A stretch of 64,000 nucleotides of DNA from an uncultured virus (IMG/VR IMGVR_UViG_3300009684_000029) (IMGVR_UViG_3300009684_000029); one strand, 5' to 3'; shown: positions 1 to 9,196, counted from the first letter of the stretch. Translations and numbers: made by a program. Notes: a model not told the origin generated them from the letters alone.

Positions 1-464
1 ATCCAGAGTTATTAGAAGATGAGTTTTTCAGACCACATGACACAGCAGTAATTTCCGTTCCTCAAAAAGCACCGGAAGGTTCTATTCTAAGAACAGAAAG
101 TTCATTAAATTTATTAGAGCGTATTAAATGGTTCTATCAAAATTGGGTTGAACCAGGCCACAGAACAGGACAAAACACTCATAATATTTCAGCAACCGTT
201 TCAGTAAAAGATGATGAATGGGAAATAGTAGGAGAATGGATGTGGGCTAATAAAAATTATTATAATGGTTTATCAGTATTGCCTTATTCAGGTCATACAT
301 ATATTCAAGCACCTTTTGAAGACATTACCGAAGAAAAGTATTATGAATTACTAAAAAACTTAGAAAATATTGATTTATCTAACGTAATTGAAATCATGGA
401 TAATACTAATCATAGCGGAGAGATAGCTTGTGGAGCAGATGGTTGTGTTGTTGAAGGTGTATAA
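1..464 (+). CDS. nrdJ: Class II (B12-dependent) ribonucleotide reductase, 3' part (runs in from the window edge)
   Basis: Open frame from position 3 (PELLEDEFFRPHDTAVISVPQKAP...HNISATVS...YxQAPFE) ending in the C-terminal Cys pair ACGADGC. Confidence 0.9.
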   Translation, partial: PELLEDEFFRPHDTAVISVPQKAPEGSILRTESSLNLLERIKWFYQNWVEPGHRTGQNTHNISATVSVKDDEWEIVGEWMWANKNYYNGLSVLPYSGHTYIQAPFEDITEEKYYELLKNLENIDLSNVIEIMDNTNHSGEIACGADGCVVEGV

Positions 465-483
465 ATAAATAAATAAAATAAAA

Positions 484-513
484 TTAGGAAATACGATATT
501 AATATATTATATT
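484..513 (+). promoter_or_regulatory. Putative early/middle promoter TTAGGA-N18-TATATT
   Basis: Bipartite motif recurring with an 18-nt spacer at about 10 intergenic sites; ATG follows 5 nt after TATATT. Confidence 0.7.
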
Positions 514-518
514 TATGT

Positions 519-755
519 ATGGAATTATTTGGATGGATATGCACTATAATGATCATTATAGGATTTATATTAAATAGTATTGGAAACTTAAAATATGCTA
601 TATACGTATGGATAATTGGCGATATTGGGTGGATATTATATGATCTATCCATACGTAATTATAGTCACCTTGCCCTGAGTATTATTATTGTTATAATTAA
701 TATGTACGGGCTTTATAAAATAAACAAAAATGAAGATAAAAGTAAAAAAGATTAA
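519..755 (+). CDS. Small membrane protein (PnuC/PQ-loop-like)
   Basis: Three hydrophobic segments with W..GD.GW and NMYGLY motifs. Confidence 0.5.
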   Translation: MELFGWICTIMIIIGFILNSIGNLKYAIYVWIIGDIGWILYDLSIRNYSHLALSIIIVIINMYGLYKINKNEDKSKKD

Positions 756-1155
756 TGAAAATGCCGTTATACCAAAGTATTCAAAACCAGGCGATGCTGG
801 ATTAGATTTAACGGCAGTAAGTATTGTATTAGATACTACAACGCAAGTTATATACGATACCGGATTGGCTATCGAAATACCTGAAGAACATGTAGGATTA
901 ATATTCCCAAGATCATCAATTTGCAATTATGATTTAGAGTTATCTAATAGTGTAGGAGTAGTTGATAGCGGTTATCGTGGAACTATACGATTTGTATTTA
1001 ATAAGATTAACGGAGATTTTTCTGTAAAATATAATGTTGGGGATCGTATAGGGCAATTATTAATATTACCTTATCCAGAAATCGAACTTGTAGAAGTAGA
1101 TGAATTAAATGATTCAATAAGAGGTCACAAAGGATTTGGAAGTACCGGTAAATAA
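730..1155 (+). CDS. dut: dUTPase (trimeric)
   Basis: Motifs AGLDL, PRSS, GVVDSGYRG, RIGQL, RGHKGFGSTG. Confidence 0.97.
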   Translation: MKIKVKKINENAVIPKYSKPGDAGLDLTAVSIVLDTTTQVIYDTGLAIEIPEEHVGLIFPRSSICNYDLELSNSVGVVDSGYRGTIRFVFNKINGDFSVKYNVGDRIGQLLILPYPEIELVEVDELNDSIRGHKGFGSTGK

Positions 1156-1187
1156 AATTAACTAGATATATATATATTATATAAGAT

Positions 1188-2567
1188 ATGAAATCATTAA
1201 CTAACATATTAGAACGCATTACACTTACTAAAGAAGATATTTCTGGTATGATTCGTGAAGCAAGAAAATCTGTTCCTGGAGATCAAGTAATAATACAAGG
1301 GAATTACTTAAATGGAAGATTTCCAGAATTAGAAATGGAAGATATACGTACGTTATCAAAATTATTTAATTCAATGAGTAAGTCAATAGTAGCGCAAGAT
1401 GTATCAGAAGAAGATGCTGATGATATTATTTCAAATGCTATAACAGATATTAATAATAATAGATTTTCAATAATAGACTTTCCTTTACTAAAAGGATCAG
1501 ATGCTAATATTTTATCAAAGACTATTAATAATATGAAGTCATTTATATTAGATCAAGGATTTACAAAAGACGAATCTAATAGGATAGTTACCAAAACTGT
1601 TAATGATATATTTAATGGTAAAGCTCAGGAATATGCAAGAGGCGCTGAGCCTGGTCGAGATAGAAGTAATAAAGACCCATTTAGATCAGCTGAAGCATTT
1701 GAAGCATTTATTAAAGAAAGATATTTATCAGAAAATCAAAGTATATCTGGATTAGATGCTTTATATAACAAAATTATATTAAATGATATATCAGGGGATT
1801 TAATAAAATTAATTACTTCTGAAACCAATAAATCTTTAAAATCAGGAGAATATACAATATCAGATACTGAAGGCGAATTATATGATATTTTAAAACGCAC
1901 CGTTAAAATTGATAACGGGCATGAATCTGAATTATGGTTTGCTATAGTATTTAAAGGTTTAGTAATAGGAGCAAAAGGAGACACGCCTGATGTATTAGTT
2001 AATGGTAAGACAGTATCTTTAAAGGCTTATGGAACTTCAACTTTTGATTTTGGGACTTTAGATAATGATTCATCGAGATTATTAAGTATATTTATAAGTT
2101 TATGTCATTTATTAACGCCGATATCAATTAATCCTGTGCAGTTATCAAAACTTGATATTAATAAAGCATTAGATTTAGTTGAATCTGATGAAGTAAAAAA
2201 AGATATAAAAGAAATCTTAAAATTATCAGAATCTCCATCTATACCACGTCCTATTGCAAAATTAGCGTTACAAATTAAACGGTTGTTAAATTCTAATAAT
2301 GATAAAGATTTACATAATTTAGTAGTTCAATTTTGCAATGATATTGATATATTACTAGAAGCAAAAATTAAAGATGCTAATTGGTGGGGATTAATTGTAA
2401 CTAGTAATAAAACATTATATTTAAATGATTCTGAATCAGTATTTAATTCAATTAGATGTAAAAATAATAGATTATCAGATGCTATCGCTCATTTTAAAGG
2501 TTATCATTTATGGATAAAAGGAACGCAATTAGAAACGGCAGTTACGACAAGAAAAAGTAAAGCATAA
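1188..2567 (+). CDS. Hypothetical protein, possible C-terminal PD-(D/E)xK-like nuclease domain
   Basis: 459 aa ORF; GHESE...GDTPDVLV...VSLKAY resembles a restriction-endonuclease core; leader MKSLTNILE. Confidence 0.4.
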   Translation: MKSLTNILERITLTKEDISGMIREARKSVPGDQVIIQGNYLNGRFPELEMEDIRTLSKLFNSMSKSIVAQDVSEEDADDIISNAITDINNNRFSIIDFPLLKGSDANILSKTINNMKSFILDQGFTKDESNRIVTKTVNDIFNGKAQEYARGAEPGRDRSNKDPFRSAEAFEAFIKERYLSENQSISGLDALYNKIILNDISGDLIKLITSETNKSLKSGEYTISDTEGELYDILKRTVKIDNGHESELWFAIVFKGLVIGAKGDTPDVLVNGKTVSLKAYGTSTFDFGTLDNDSSRLLSIFISLCHLLTPISINPVQLSKLDINKALDLVESDEVKKDIKEILKLSESPSIPRPIAKLALQIKRLLNSNNDKDLHNLVVQFCNDIDILLEAKIKDANWWGLIVTSNKTLYLNDSESVFNSIRCKNNRLSDAIAHFKGYHLWIKGTQLETAVTTRKSKA

Positions 2568-2593
2568 TATATATATATAAAATAAACGATAAC

Positions 2594-2878
2594 ATGAAAA
2601 TATCAGAATTTAGAAAATTAATCCGTGAAGAGATTAAGCTGGCGGTTATGGAAGAGTCATTTATGGACAAGATCAAATCTTTTTTTATGAGAACTCCTGC
2701 AGAAACCAAGTTGTTAAATAGTTTAGACATATTTAGCGATGACTTGCTTTCTCCTGGCCAGAAAAAATATGATATTGTCATAAACAAGGCAAAGGAATTT
2801 GGAATGGATATCGATGATGCTCAGGCATTAGTTCTTCTACAAAAGAAGTTAGCAATGGAGATTGAAAAATTAAAATAA
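2594..2878 (+). CDS. Hypothetical protein with LIREE leader
   Basis: N-terminus MKISEFRKLIREEIK, shared with several other ORFs in the window. Confidence 0.7.
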   Translation: MKISEFRKLIREEIKLAVMEESFMDKIKSFFMRTPAETKLLNSLDIFSDDLLSPGQKKYDIVINKAKEFGMDIDDAQALVLLQKKLAMEIEKLK

Positions 2879-2885
2879 CAACAAC

Positions 2886-3665
2886 ATGAAAATATCACAA
2901 TTAAAATCTCTTATAAAAGAGAGCATCAAAGAAGTATTAAAAGAAAATGAAATTAATACTATCGATTACAAAAAACTAAAGACAATATATACTTTAGCCG
3001 GTAAACTTAAGTTATATGAACCTTATATGGTTGATGAAACAATAGAAGATATAAAAGCATTAGAAAATGCAGTAAAAACTAATGATGAGTCTATATTTGA
3101 AACAATGGAAGAATCACAAGTTGACACGTATGAGTTGTCAGGTCTTGCAAATTTAAATCCGGAACAGCAAGCTAAATGGAAAGGCATTGATATTGCTTTA
3201 CGAGAATTATCTCGTATAATATATAAAATGGACTTCAACCTTATAAGTGAAAAATTCAAAAAATTAGCAGTTGCCATAAATAACTTTAATGCTCCGACTA
3301 TGCAAGAAAAACGTAAAATGTCTTTAAAGGAAAATAGTCCATTAGACCCTAAATTAGCTGGTTATTGGGTGATGAAAGACAAGAATTATGCTATATGTAT
3401 GTATCCTTCGAAGCAAGAAGCAGAAATGGCATTTAAAAATCGCGGAACAAAATACGGAAGTCATGCATTAAATTCGGGATGGAAAATTATGCCAGCAGAA
3501 GAGTTTGTTTCAACCGGTGGTTTATTAGATAAACATACCAATGGTCATCCAAATTATATATCACCTTATAGACGCCCTGCTACAAATGATGCTGAGCTAG
3601 CTAAACATAAAGAACAAGATAGACTTGATCGAATAGCGCATTATTATAGAGAAATGGAAAGTTAA
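2886..3665 (+). CDS. Hypothetical protein with LIKE leader
   Basis: N-terminus MKISQLKSLIKESIKEVLKE; first ~55 nt nearly identical to the ORF at 55774. Confidence 0.75.
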   Translation: MKISQLKSLIKESIKEVLKENEINTIDYKKLKTIYTLAGKLKLYEPYMVDETIEDIKALENAVKTNDESIFETMEESQVDTYELSGLANLNPEQQAKWKGIDIALRELSRIIYKMDFNLISEKFKKLAVAINNFNAPTMQEKRKMSLKENSPLDPKLAGYWVMKDKNYAICMYPSKQEAEMAFKNRGTKYGSHALNSGWKIMPAEEFVSTGGLLDKHTNGHPNYISPYRRPATNDAELAKHKEQDRLDRIAHYYREMES

Positions 3666-3689
3666 TACATTTACGACATACATATTAAT

Positions 3690-3725
3690 AAGAGCCTGCA
3701 AAATATACCAACTGCAGGCTCTTTT
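3690..3725 (+). terminator. Rho-independent terminator
   Basis: AAGAGCCTGCA...TGCAGGCTCTT stem followed by T-rich tract. Confidence 0.8.
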
Positions 3726-3744
3726 ACTCTTATTTTAGATAAGA

Positions 3745-3774
3745 TTAGGAAATATGAAATAAAGATATTATATT
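3745..3774 (+). promoter_or_regulatory. Putative promoter TTAGGA-N18-TATATT upstream of queD
   Basis: Exact motif and spacer, directly after a terminator. Confidence 0.7.
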
Positions 3775-3792
3775 AATAAAAAATAAAAATAT

Positions 3793-4293
3793 ATGGGAAA
3801 ATTTCAATCAACAAAAGTATTTGACGGTTACAGCTGCGTATTTCGTCAATGGAAAGCAGAAGGCACACATTGTAAATTCTTACATGGTTATGGAGTATCA
3901 TTTAAAGTAACATTTGAAGGTGATTTAGATGAAAAAAATTGGGTGTGGGATTTTGGAGGTATGAAGCGAGCTAAAGGTAATATTGATGGTATGAATCCTA
4001 AAGAATGGATGGATTATATGTTTGATCATACTACAATTATAGCTAATGATGACCCAAAACTAGATAGATTTAAAACACTAGACCAACTAGGTATTATCCA
4101 ATTAAGAATAATACCAGCTACAGGAGCAGAACAATTTGCAAAATTTATCTATGAAAAGTTAAATGTATTTGTCAAAGAAGAAACTAACGGTCGCGTAAAA
4201 ATAGTAAAGGTTAAATTTATGGAGAATGCTAAGAATAGTGCTTACTATTATGAAGATGATACATTAACACCATTATTAAAAGAAATAGAATAA
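3793..4293 (+). CDS. queD: 6-carboxy-5,6,7,8-tetrahydropterin synthase
   Basis: HCKFLHGY, WVWDFG, FDHT, GAEQFA motifs; queE and folE nearby. Confidence 0.9.
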   Translation: MGKFQSTKVFDGYSCVFRQWKAEGTHCKFLHGYGVSFKVTFEGDLDEKNWVWDFGGMKRAKGNIDGMNPKEWMDYMFDHTTIIANDDPKLDRFKTLDQLGIIQLRIIPATGAEQFAKFIYEKLNVFVKEETNGRVKIVKVKFMENAKNSAYYYEDDTLTPLLKEIE

Positions 4294-4295
4294 TT

Positions 4296-4469
4296 ATGAA
4301 AACAATACAAAACAGAAACACTTTTGAAGTGAGGAGAGTATCAGACGTAGTAGCTGAGAAGATGATTTTACAAAATTGGAAATATGTTCCTAAAGCAACT
4401 GCTAAGACAATTAAAGAACCTGAATTAAAATTCGTAACTAAAACTAAAAAGCATGATAAAGTTTCATAA
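4296..4469 (+). CDS. Small hypothetical protein (57 aa, not in ORF track)
   Basis: MKTIQNRNTFEVRRVSDVVAEKMILQNWKYVPK... fills the gap between two genes. Confidence 0.6.
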   Translation: MKTIQNRNTFEVRRVSDVVAEKMILQNWKYVPKATAKTIKEPELKFVTKTKKHDKVS

Positions 4470-4776
4470 ATACGCCTTGACATCTTTCGATTTAGAAAAG
4501 ATGGAGGATTTAAAATTTGATGGCGAACATCCTAACGGATATAATCCAGGATATAAGATTAAAGGAGCTACTATTAATTTAGAGTCATCTATAAAATATC
4601 AAGCATTATTTGTTCATGATGGACCAGATAGATGGTTTCATACATCGACAGTTGAAAGACAAGAAGAATGTGAAGGATATGATTTATTATATACCCTTAA
4701 TTCAGTTTATAAAGTAACTCCAAACATTCCTGGAATATCAGGAGTTCAAGAAAAACATATAGTAACGATAGATTAA
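4453..4776 (+). CDS. Hypothetical protein
   Basis: 107 aa ORF in operon; WFHTSTV...TLNSVY motif. Confidence 0.7.
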   Translation: MIKFHKYALTSFDLEKMEDLKFDGEHPNGYNPGYKIKGATINLESSIKYQALFVHDGPDRWFHTSTVERQEECEGYDLLYTLNSVYKVTPNIPGISGVQEKHIVTID

Positions 4777-4781
4777 AGAAT

Positions 4782-4838
4782 ATGAAAAATACATTATTAA
4801 TATCAAGCGATTTCTATTCAGTACAAGGGACGTTGTAA
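4782..4838 (+). pseudogene. Displaced original N-terminus of queE (stub MKNTLLISSDFYSVQG-TL*)
   Basis: Translation matches the queE N-terminus MLISSDFMSVQG, then diverges after GTACAAGG. Confidence 0.85.
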
Positions 4839-5613
4839 AAAGTAAAACTGTCTATATTTATATTAAAAGAATATGGAATATAAAAAAGACATGAAATGGC
4901 GTAAATTAAAATTTACTGCAGAAGAAAAAAAGCAATATTATAATAGTATTATTAAACCTTTAATTTGGGAAGGGTTGACATCAAAAAAAATGCAAGATGA
5001 TAAATTAATATTATGCTCACATCCTACAGCTCGAGTCCTTTTAAAAGAGTTTGGTACTGAAGATGATATTATTAAGTATACAAATAACACGAAGTCTGGT
5101 AAAGCGCATGGTAAAACTAAAGGTCGTGCTAATAAATATAAAGGAATGAAATATGAGGAATGGATGTCACCTGAAAAAGTAATATCTAAAAAGGCTCAAG
5201 CTTCAAAACTTTGGAAGGAAAATAATCCCAGAAAATTCTTTACTGGAAATAATGTTAGTAAAGGACAGCGTTTATTATATGAGACTATAAAAGAAAAATT
5301 TCCTACAGCAGTATTAGAATATGAAATAGCAGCGCCCGGCAAAAAATATTATTTAGATATTGCAGTTCCTGACCTTATGCTAAATTTTGAATATGATGGT
5401 ATATATTGGCATTCATTTCCCGAAGCTATTGAACGAGATAAAAATCGTGATATATACTTAAAATCGTTAGGATGGAAAGTTTTTAGGTATTCATTTAATG
5501 CTAGAAATGATTTGGAAGTTAGAGAAGAATTAATTAAATTAAATATAAATTTTAAAGAATATGAATAAAATAAATAAGATGCTGATTTCATCAGACTTTA
5601 TGAGCGTACAAGG
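4829..5613 (+). mobile_element. Endonuclease element inserted in the 5' end of queE, carrying a replacement N-terminus
   Basis: Bounded by GTACAAGG at 4821-4828 and 5606-5613; contains promoter/hairpin, endonuclease ORF and recoded queE start. Confidence 0.8.
4873..5568 (+). CDS. Putative homing endonuclease, Vsr/DUF559-like
   Basis: YYLDIAVPDLMLNFEYDGIYWH...RDKNRD..L...GWKVFR; basic N-terminal half. Confidence 0.85.
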   Translation: MEYKKDMKWRKLKFTAEEKKQYYNSIIKPLIWEGLTSKKMQDDKLILCSHPTARVLLKEFGTEDDIIKYTNNTKSGKAHGKTKGRANKYKGMKYEEWMSPEKVISKKAQASKLWKENNPRKFFTGNNVSKGQRLLYETIKEKFPTAVLEYEIAAPGKKYYLDIAVPDLMLNFEYDGIYWHSFPEAIERDKNRDIYLKSLGWKVFRYSFNARNDLEVREELIKLNINFKEYE

Positions 5614-6448
5614 AGAAGGTATATCAACTGGTATTCCATCATACTTTGTACGATTAGCAAATTGCAATTTAACTTGCGGAATGTCGAGAGCATTCGCAAA
5701 TAAAATTCTAAAAGAAAAATTACTAGATGATGGTGAAATATTTAAAGGTGATTTAGAATTAGAAGGTAAAGCTACTTGGACCTGTGATTCTACATCACAA
5801 TGGTTATGGAGAGGAGTTGAGCAAGACTTTCAATATCTAATTAATCAGTGGAAACAACAAGGAATATATGATGATATATTAAGTGGTACCATTCATGTTA
5901 TTTGGACAGGTGGTGAACCTACAATTAAGTCACATCAAGAAGCTATTGTTAATTTTCACCACTATCTATATGATGTTGTGTATTATGAAACATTAGAAAA
6001 TCTAAAAGGAACAGCAGTTGCCGATGAAGATGTCTATAACTACATTAAATTAAATTTATTTAATGAAATAGAAACTAACGGCACAATAGTAATTGAAGAT
6101 GCTTTATTCCAAATGCTAAACCAAATAAATTGCTCACCTAAATTAGCAAACTCAGGAATGACTGAGAAACAACGTATTAATCCAGAAGCAATTAAACGAA
6201 TAATGTCACATAATAATTATCAATTTAAATTTGTAATAAGTAATGAAGAAGATATCCAAGAAATATTCAGCGATTTTATCATACCATTTAGCATACCTTT
6301 TAAGAATGTAGTTGTAATGCCAGGAATGGATTCGCAAACTCAGTTTCATGAAAGAACCAATTTCATTATGGAAATGGCCAAGAAATATAAAGTAAGAGCA
6401 TTATCTAGAATGCACATAAGTGCGTGGGACAAAACATTAAATGTATAA
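5561..6448 (+). CDS. queE: 7-carboxy-7-deazaguanine synthase (radical SAM)
   Basis: SVQGEG..G.PS.FVRL..CNLTC...WTCDS, WTGGEP, IETNGT, NCSPKL, FKFV, RMH motifs. Confidence 0.93.
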   Translation: MNKINKMLISSDFMSVQGEGISTGIPSYFVRLANCNLTCGMSRAFANKILKEKLLDDGEIFKGDLELEGKATWTCDSTSQWLWRGVEQDFQYLINQWKQQGIYDDILSGTIHVIWTGGEPTIKSHQEAIVNFHHYLYDVVYYETLENLKGTAVADEDVYNYIKLNLFNEIETNGTIVIEDALFQMLNQINCSPKLANSGMTEKQRINPEAIKRIMSHNNYQFKFVISNEEDIQEIFSDFIIPFSIPFKNVVVMPGMDSQTQFHERTNFIMEMAKKYKVRALSRMHISAWDKTLNV

Positions 6449-6451
6449 GTT

Positions 6452-7066
6452 ATGAATAAAAAAGGAAATGAAGGACCAACCTTCGAAGAAATAGCCGTTG
6501 TAGAAAAAGCAACTAACGGAAAAATTGGGAAATATGAATGGTGGGATGTTAGAGGTACAGACGAAGCATTTAAATCAAATATTAAACCAAAGAATGAATC
6601 AGATATAATTTTTCATGGTGTATTAGAAAACTCATTTATATCACCTAATGGAAAATATATTGGTGATTTTGATAGAGCTAAATGGTATCAAAAAAATAAA
6701 CTAAAAGTATATGAACCGTACGCTTCTGGAGTTGCTGAAGCATATAATGAAAATGATGAATTAGAAGGATATTGCGGTTACACTCATAGAGGAGCTCAAA
6801 TATTTCGAATCGGAGATAGATTATTTGATGAATCTTATGAACCAAAAGAAGAAGATTACACATCAGAACAGTGGTCAGAATGGGTTAAAAAATATAATGA
6901 CGATATTGCTGAGGCTGAGTTAGAAGGAGATACTTGGTGGGTAGATGATATTAAAAGTGATGGTATTGGTAGATATATACCATTTAAATTAAAAGGATCT
7001 AAACTTATTGAATCGATGGAAGAATGTGCTCAAGCAGCAATCAACTTAAGTAAACATTTAAGTTAA
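6452..7066 (+). CDS. Hypothetical protein
   Basis: 204 aa ORF; GYTHRGAQIFRIGD. Confidence 0.7.
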   Translation: MNKKGNEGPTFEEIAVVEKATNGKIGKYEWWDVRGTDEAFKSNIKPKNESDIIFHGVLENSFISPNGKYIGDFDRAKWYQKNKLKVYEPYASGVAEAYNENDELEGYCGYTHRGAQIFRIGDRLFDESYEPKEEDYTSEQWSEWVKKYNDDIAEAELEGDTWWVDDIKSDGIGRYIPFKLKGSKLIESMEECAQAAINLSKHLS

Positions 7067-7108
7067 TAAGTTATGAATATAAAATAATATTTATAATAAA
7101 ATATAATT

Positions 7109-7834
7109 ATGATTAAATTAATTGATTTATTAAAAGAATTTGAGTATGGTACTTATTTGTTTAGCGATCCTAATGATAAAAGTATAGTTAATAAACAGCA
7201 TATCAAATCACTTATTTCAAAGAAAGAACCAAATTCAAATGACGAGAAGATTTTTTTAAAAGCATTAAATAAATATTTTTCAGATAATGTTGAAAAGACT
7301 ATTGATGTTGATGTATTAAATAAACTATTACAGCTCAAATCAAAATTTCCAAATATTTTAGATCCAACTATGTCTAGATATTCGTCAGCATATAGAGGTA
7401 CGACTATTGATATAGACATATTACTTGAAAGTGATATTAAATTTTATAACTTTAATGTATATATTATTGAATCGCCAGACATAACTATACAATCAAAAGG
7501 ATCTGCCGGGTATCTTAGTTTTAGTAATTCATATCAACAAGCTGAACTTTTTAGTAAGGTAAATTCTAAAGATATTAATAAATTAATTAGTACTAACACA
7601 TTTCCTATTATATCAGAAATAGATTTAATCAATCCAAACTTATTATTTAATACCGAATTCACGAGAGCTGTATCTGAATTTGATGAAGAAGAATTTATAT
7701 TAGTAGATAATAAATTTACTCCTAGTAATATATTCATAGCAAACCCTAATGATATATTTAGTAAGATTAAAAATATAAAAAAGACGGCTCCTAAATTTTA
7801 CGAGTTACAATCTAAATTAAATTTAAGTAAATAA
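7109..7834 (+). CDS. Putative ADP-ribosyltransferase (R-S-E type) with MIKL leader
   Basis: AYRG ... YLSFS ... DEEEFIL motifs in ART order; TATTTATA at 7088. Confidence 0.55.
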   Translation: MIKLIDLLKEFEYGTYLFSDPNDKSIVNKQHIKSLISKKEPNSNDEKIFLKALNKYFSDNVEKTIDVDVLNKLLQLKSKFPNILDPTMSRYSSAYRGTTIDIDILLESDIKFYNFNVYIIESPDITIQSKGSAGYLSFSNSYQQAELFSKVNSKDINKLISTNTFPIISEIDLINPNLLFNTEFTRAVSEFDEEEFILVDNKFTPSNIFIANPNDIFSKIKNIKKTAPKFYELQSKLNLSK

Positions 7835-7849
7835 ATAAACAAATAAGTT

Positions 7850-8371
7850 ATGAGTATTAATAAAATAAAATATAACACTCTCTATAATCAATTAGCAGAG
7901 TCTATTGATTTTGAAAATTCGACACCCATTACTTTAAAATTAGATCAAGATGTTAGATTTAAAGTTAAAGATTTAGATGTCGGAGTAAAAGTAGAAAGAT
8001 TTGGTCATGGCAGTGAAATAATGTTTCAGCGAGGATCCATTCTATATAATAAATTCAATCCTAATACATATTATAATATTGGATTTGATATTGAAGATTC
8101 TACAATCCAAAAATATAAAACAGATTATAATACATTGGCCAATATACTAGGAATAATAGTTAAATCAACCTTAGAATGGATTAAGCAAAATAATCCAGAT
8201 GTAGTTACCATAATACCTGCTGGTAAGAATGATATTGAATCTAAAAAGAAATTAAGTATTTACGCCTCTATATTACATGGTAATGAATCTTTATTAAATA
8301 GTATTGGATACTATTGGGATACTAGTAAATTTATGGGTAAATCAGGACTATATATAGCTAAAATTAAATAA
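7850..8371 (+). CDS. Hypothetical protein
   Basis: 173 aa; YNIGF...ILGII...W....PD pattern resembles the 59182/60027 domain. Confidence 0.65.
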   Translation: MSINKIKYNTLYNQLAESIDFENSTPITLKLDQDVRFKVKDLDVGVKVERFGHGSEIMFQRGSILYNKFNPNTYYNIGFDIEDSTIQKYKTDYNTLANILGIIVKSTLEWIKQNNPDVVTIIPAGKNDIESKKKLSIYASILHGNESLLNSIGYYWDTSKFMGKSGLYIAKIK

Positions 8372-8372
8372 A

Positions 8373-8840
8373 ATGAAATTATTAAATAAACACTTAGACA
8401 CATTTGAGCCAATTATAAATAAACTAAATCAATTGGCTACTACAGGAAATAATTGCCGAATTGGAGGTTCAATGGCATTAGAATTACATGGATTAAAGAT
8501 TCCCAGGACGCCTGATGATTTAGATATTATTATATCTTTTCCTTCATTAAAACAAGAAGAATATTTGCAATTACTAGAACCATTTAATTATAATACAAAC
8601 CTTGGTATGTATGATGATAATCGATATAACTTTAAATTTAAAAAAGATGGAATGTTTTTAAATATCCTTATATCATATAATACTAATATTCATGGCAATG
8701 ATTTACTTTATAAATATAAAGACCATTACTACCCAATTGCGCCAATTGAAGAAACGATAGATGCAAAAAGAAAATATAACCGACTAAAGGATTTAGGCGA
8801 TTTTATTTATTTAAAAAATAACAATTTTAACAATCAATAA
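8373..8840 (+). CDS. Minimal nucleotidyltransferase-fold protein
   Basis: IGGSMALELHG...PDDLDII (GS plus DxD) and K...R.KD.. D at the C-terminus. Confidence 0.7.
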   Translation: MKLLNKHLDTFEPIINKLNQLATTGNNCRIGGSMALELHGLKIPRTPDDLDIIISFPSLKQEEYLQLLEPFNYNTNLGMYDDNRYNFKFKKDGMFLNILISYNTNIHGNDLLYKYKDHYYPIAPIEETIDAKRKYNRLKDLGDFIYLKNNNFNNQ

Positions 8841-8844
8841 TAAA

Positions 8845-9168
8845 ATGACAAACAACGAAGAAAATGCGCAATTAGCAAAGCCGTTAGGCGACAGAGTGTT
8901 AGTAGAAGCTGCACCGAAACATGAAGAAAAGAAAACGGAATCAGGAATCTTTATTCCAGAAACAGCCGCAACAGAAGATGTTAAATACACTACCGTAGTT
9001 GCAGTAGGAGATGGTCTTTATACCCAAAGTGGTATAGCAATTCCTATGACAGTAAAAGTAGGAGATAAAGTAGTAGTCCCTCCTTATCATCAAGGACAAG
9101 ATATTAAAATGAATGGCAAATCTTATCTTATATTAAGAGAGTCAGAATTATTAATGGTAATTAGGTAA
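8845..9168 (+). CDS. groES: Co-chaperonin GroES
   Basis: KPLGDRVLV, TESGIFIP, VVAVGDG, VKVGDKV, LRESELL. Confidence 0.95.
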   Translation: MTNNEENAQLAKPLGDRVLVEAAPKHEEKKTESGIFIPETAATEDVKYTTVVAVGDGLYTQSGIAIPMTVKVGDKVVVPPYHQGQDIKMNGKSYLILRESELLMVIR

Positions 9169-9190
9169 TTTGAAAATTAATACTTATATT
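9161..9190 (+). promoter_or_regulatory. Putative promoter TTAGGT-N18-TATATT
   Basis: Motif and spacer; implies the next gene starts at ATG 9197 rather than TTG 9170. Confidence 0.6.
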
Positions 9191-9196
9191 AATGTT

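Noticed and set aside
4829..5605. Group I intron or intein in queE
   Set aside because: Only ~45 nt of non-coding sequence, no room for a ribozyme core; no intein motifs; queE has its own complete start
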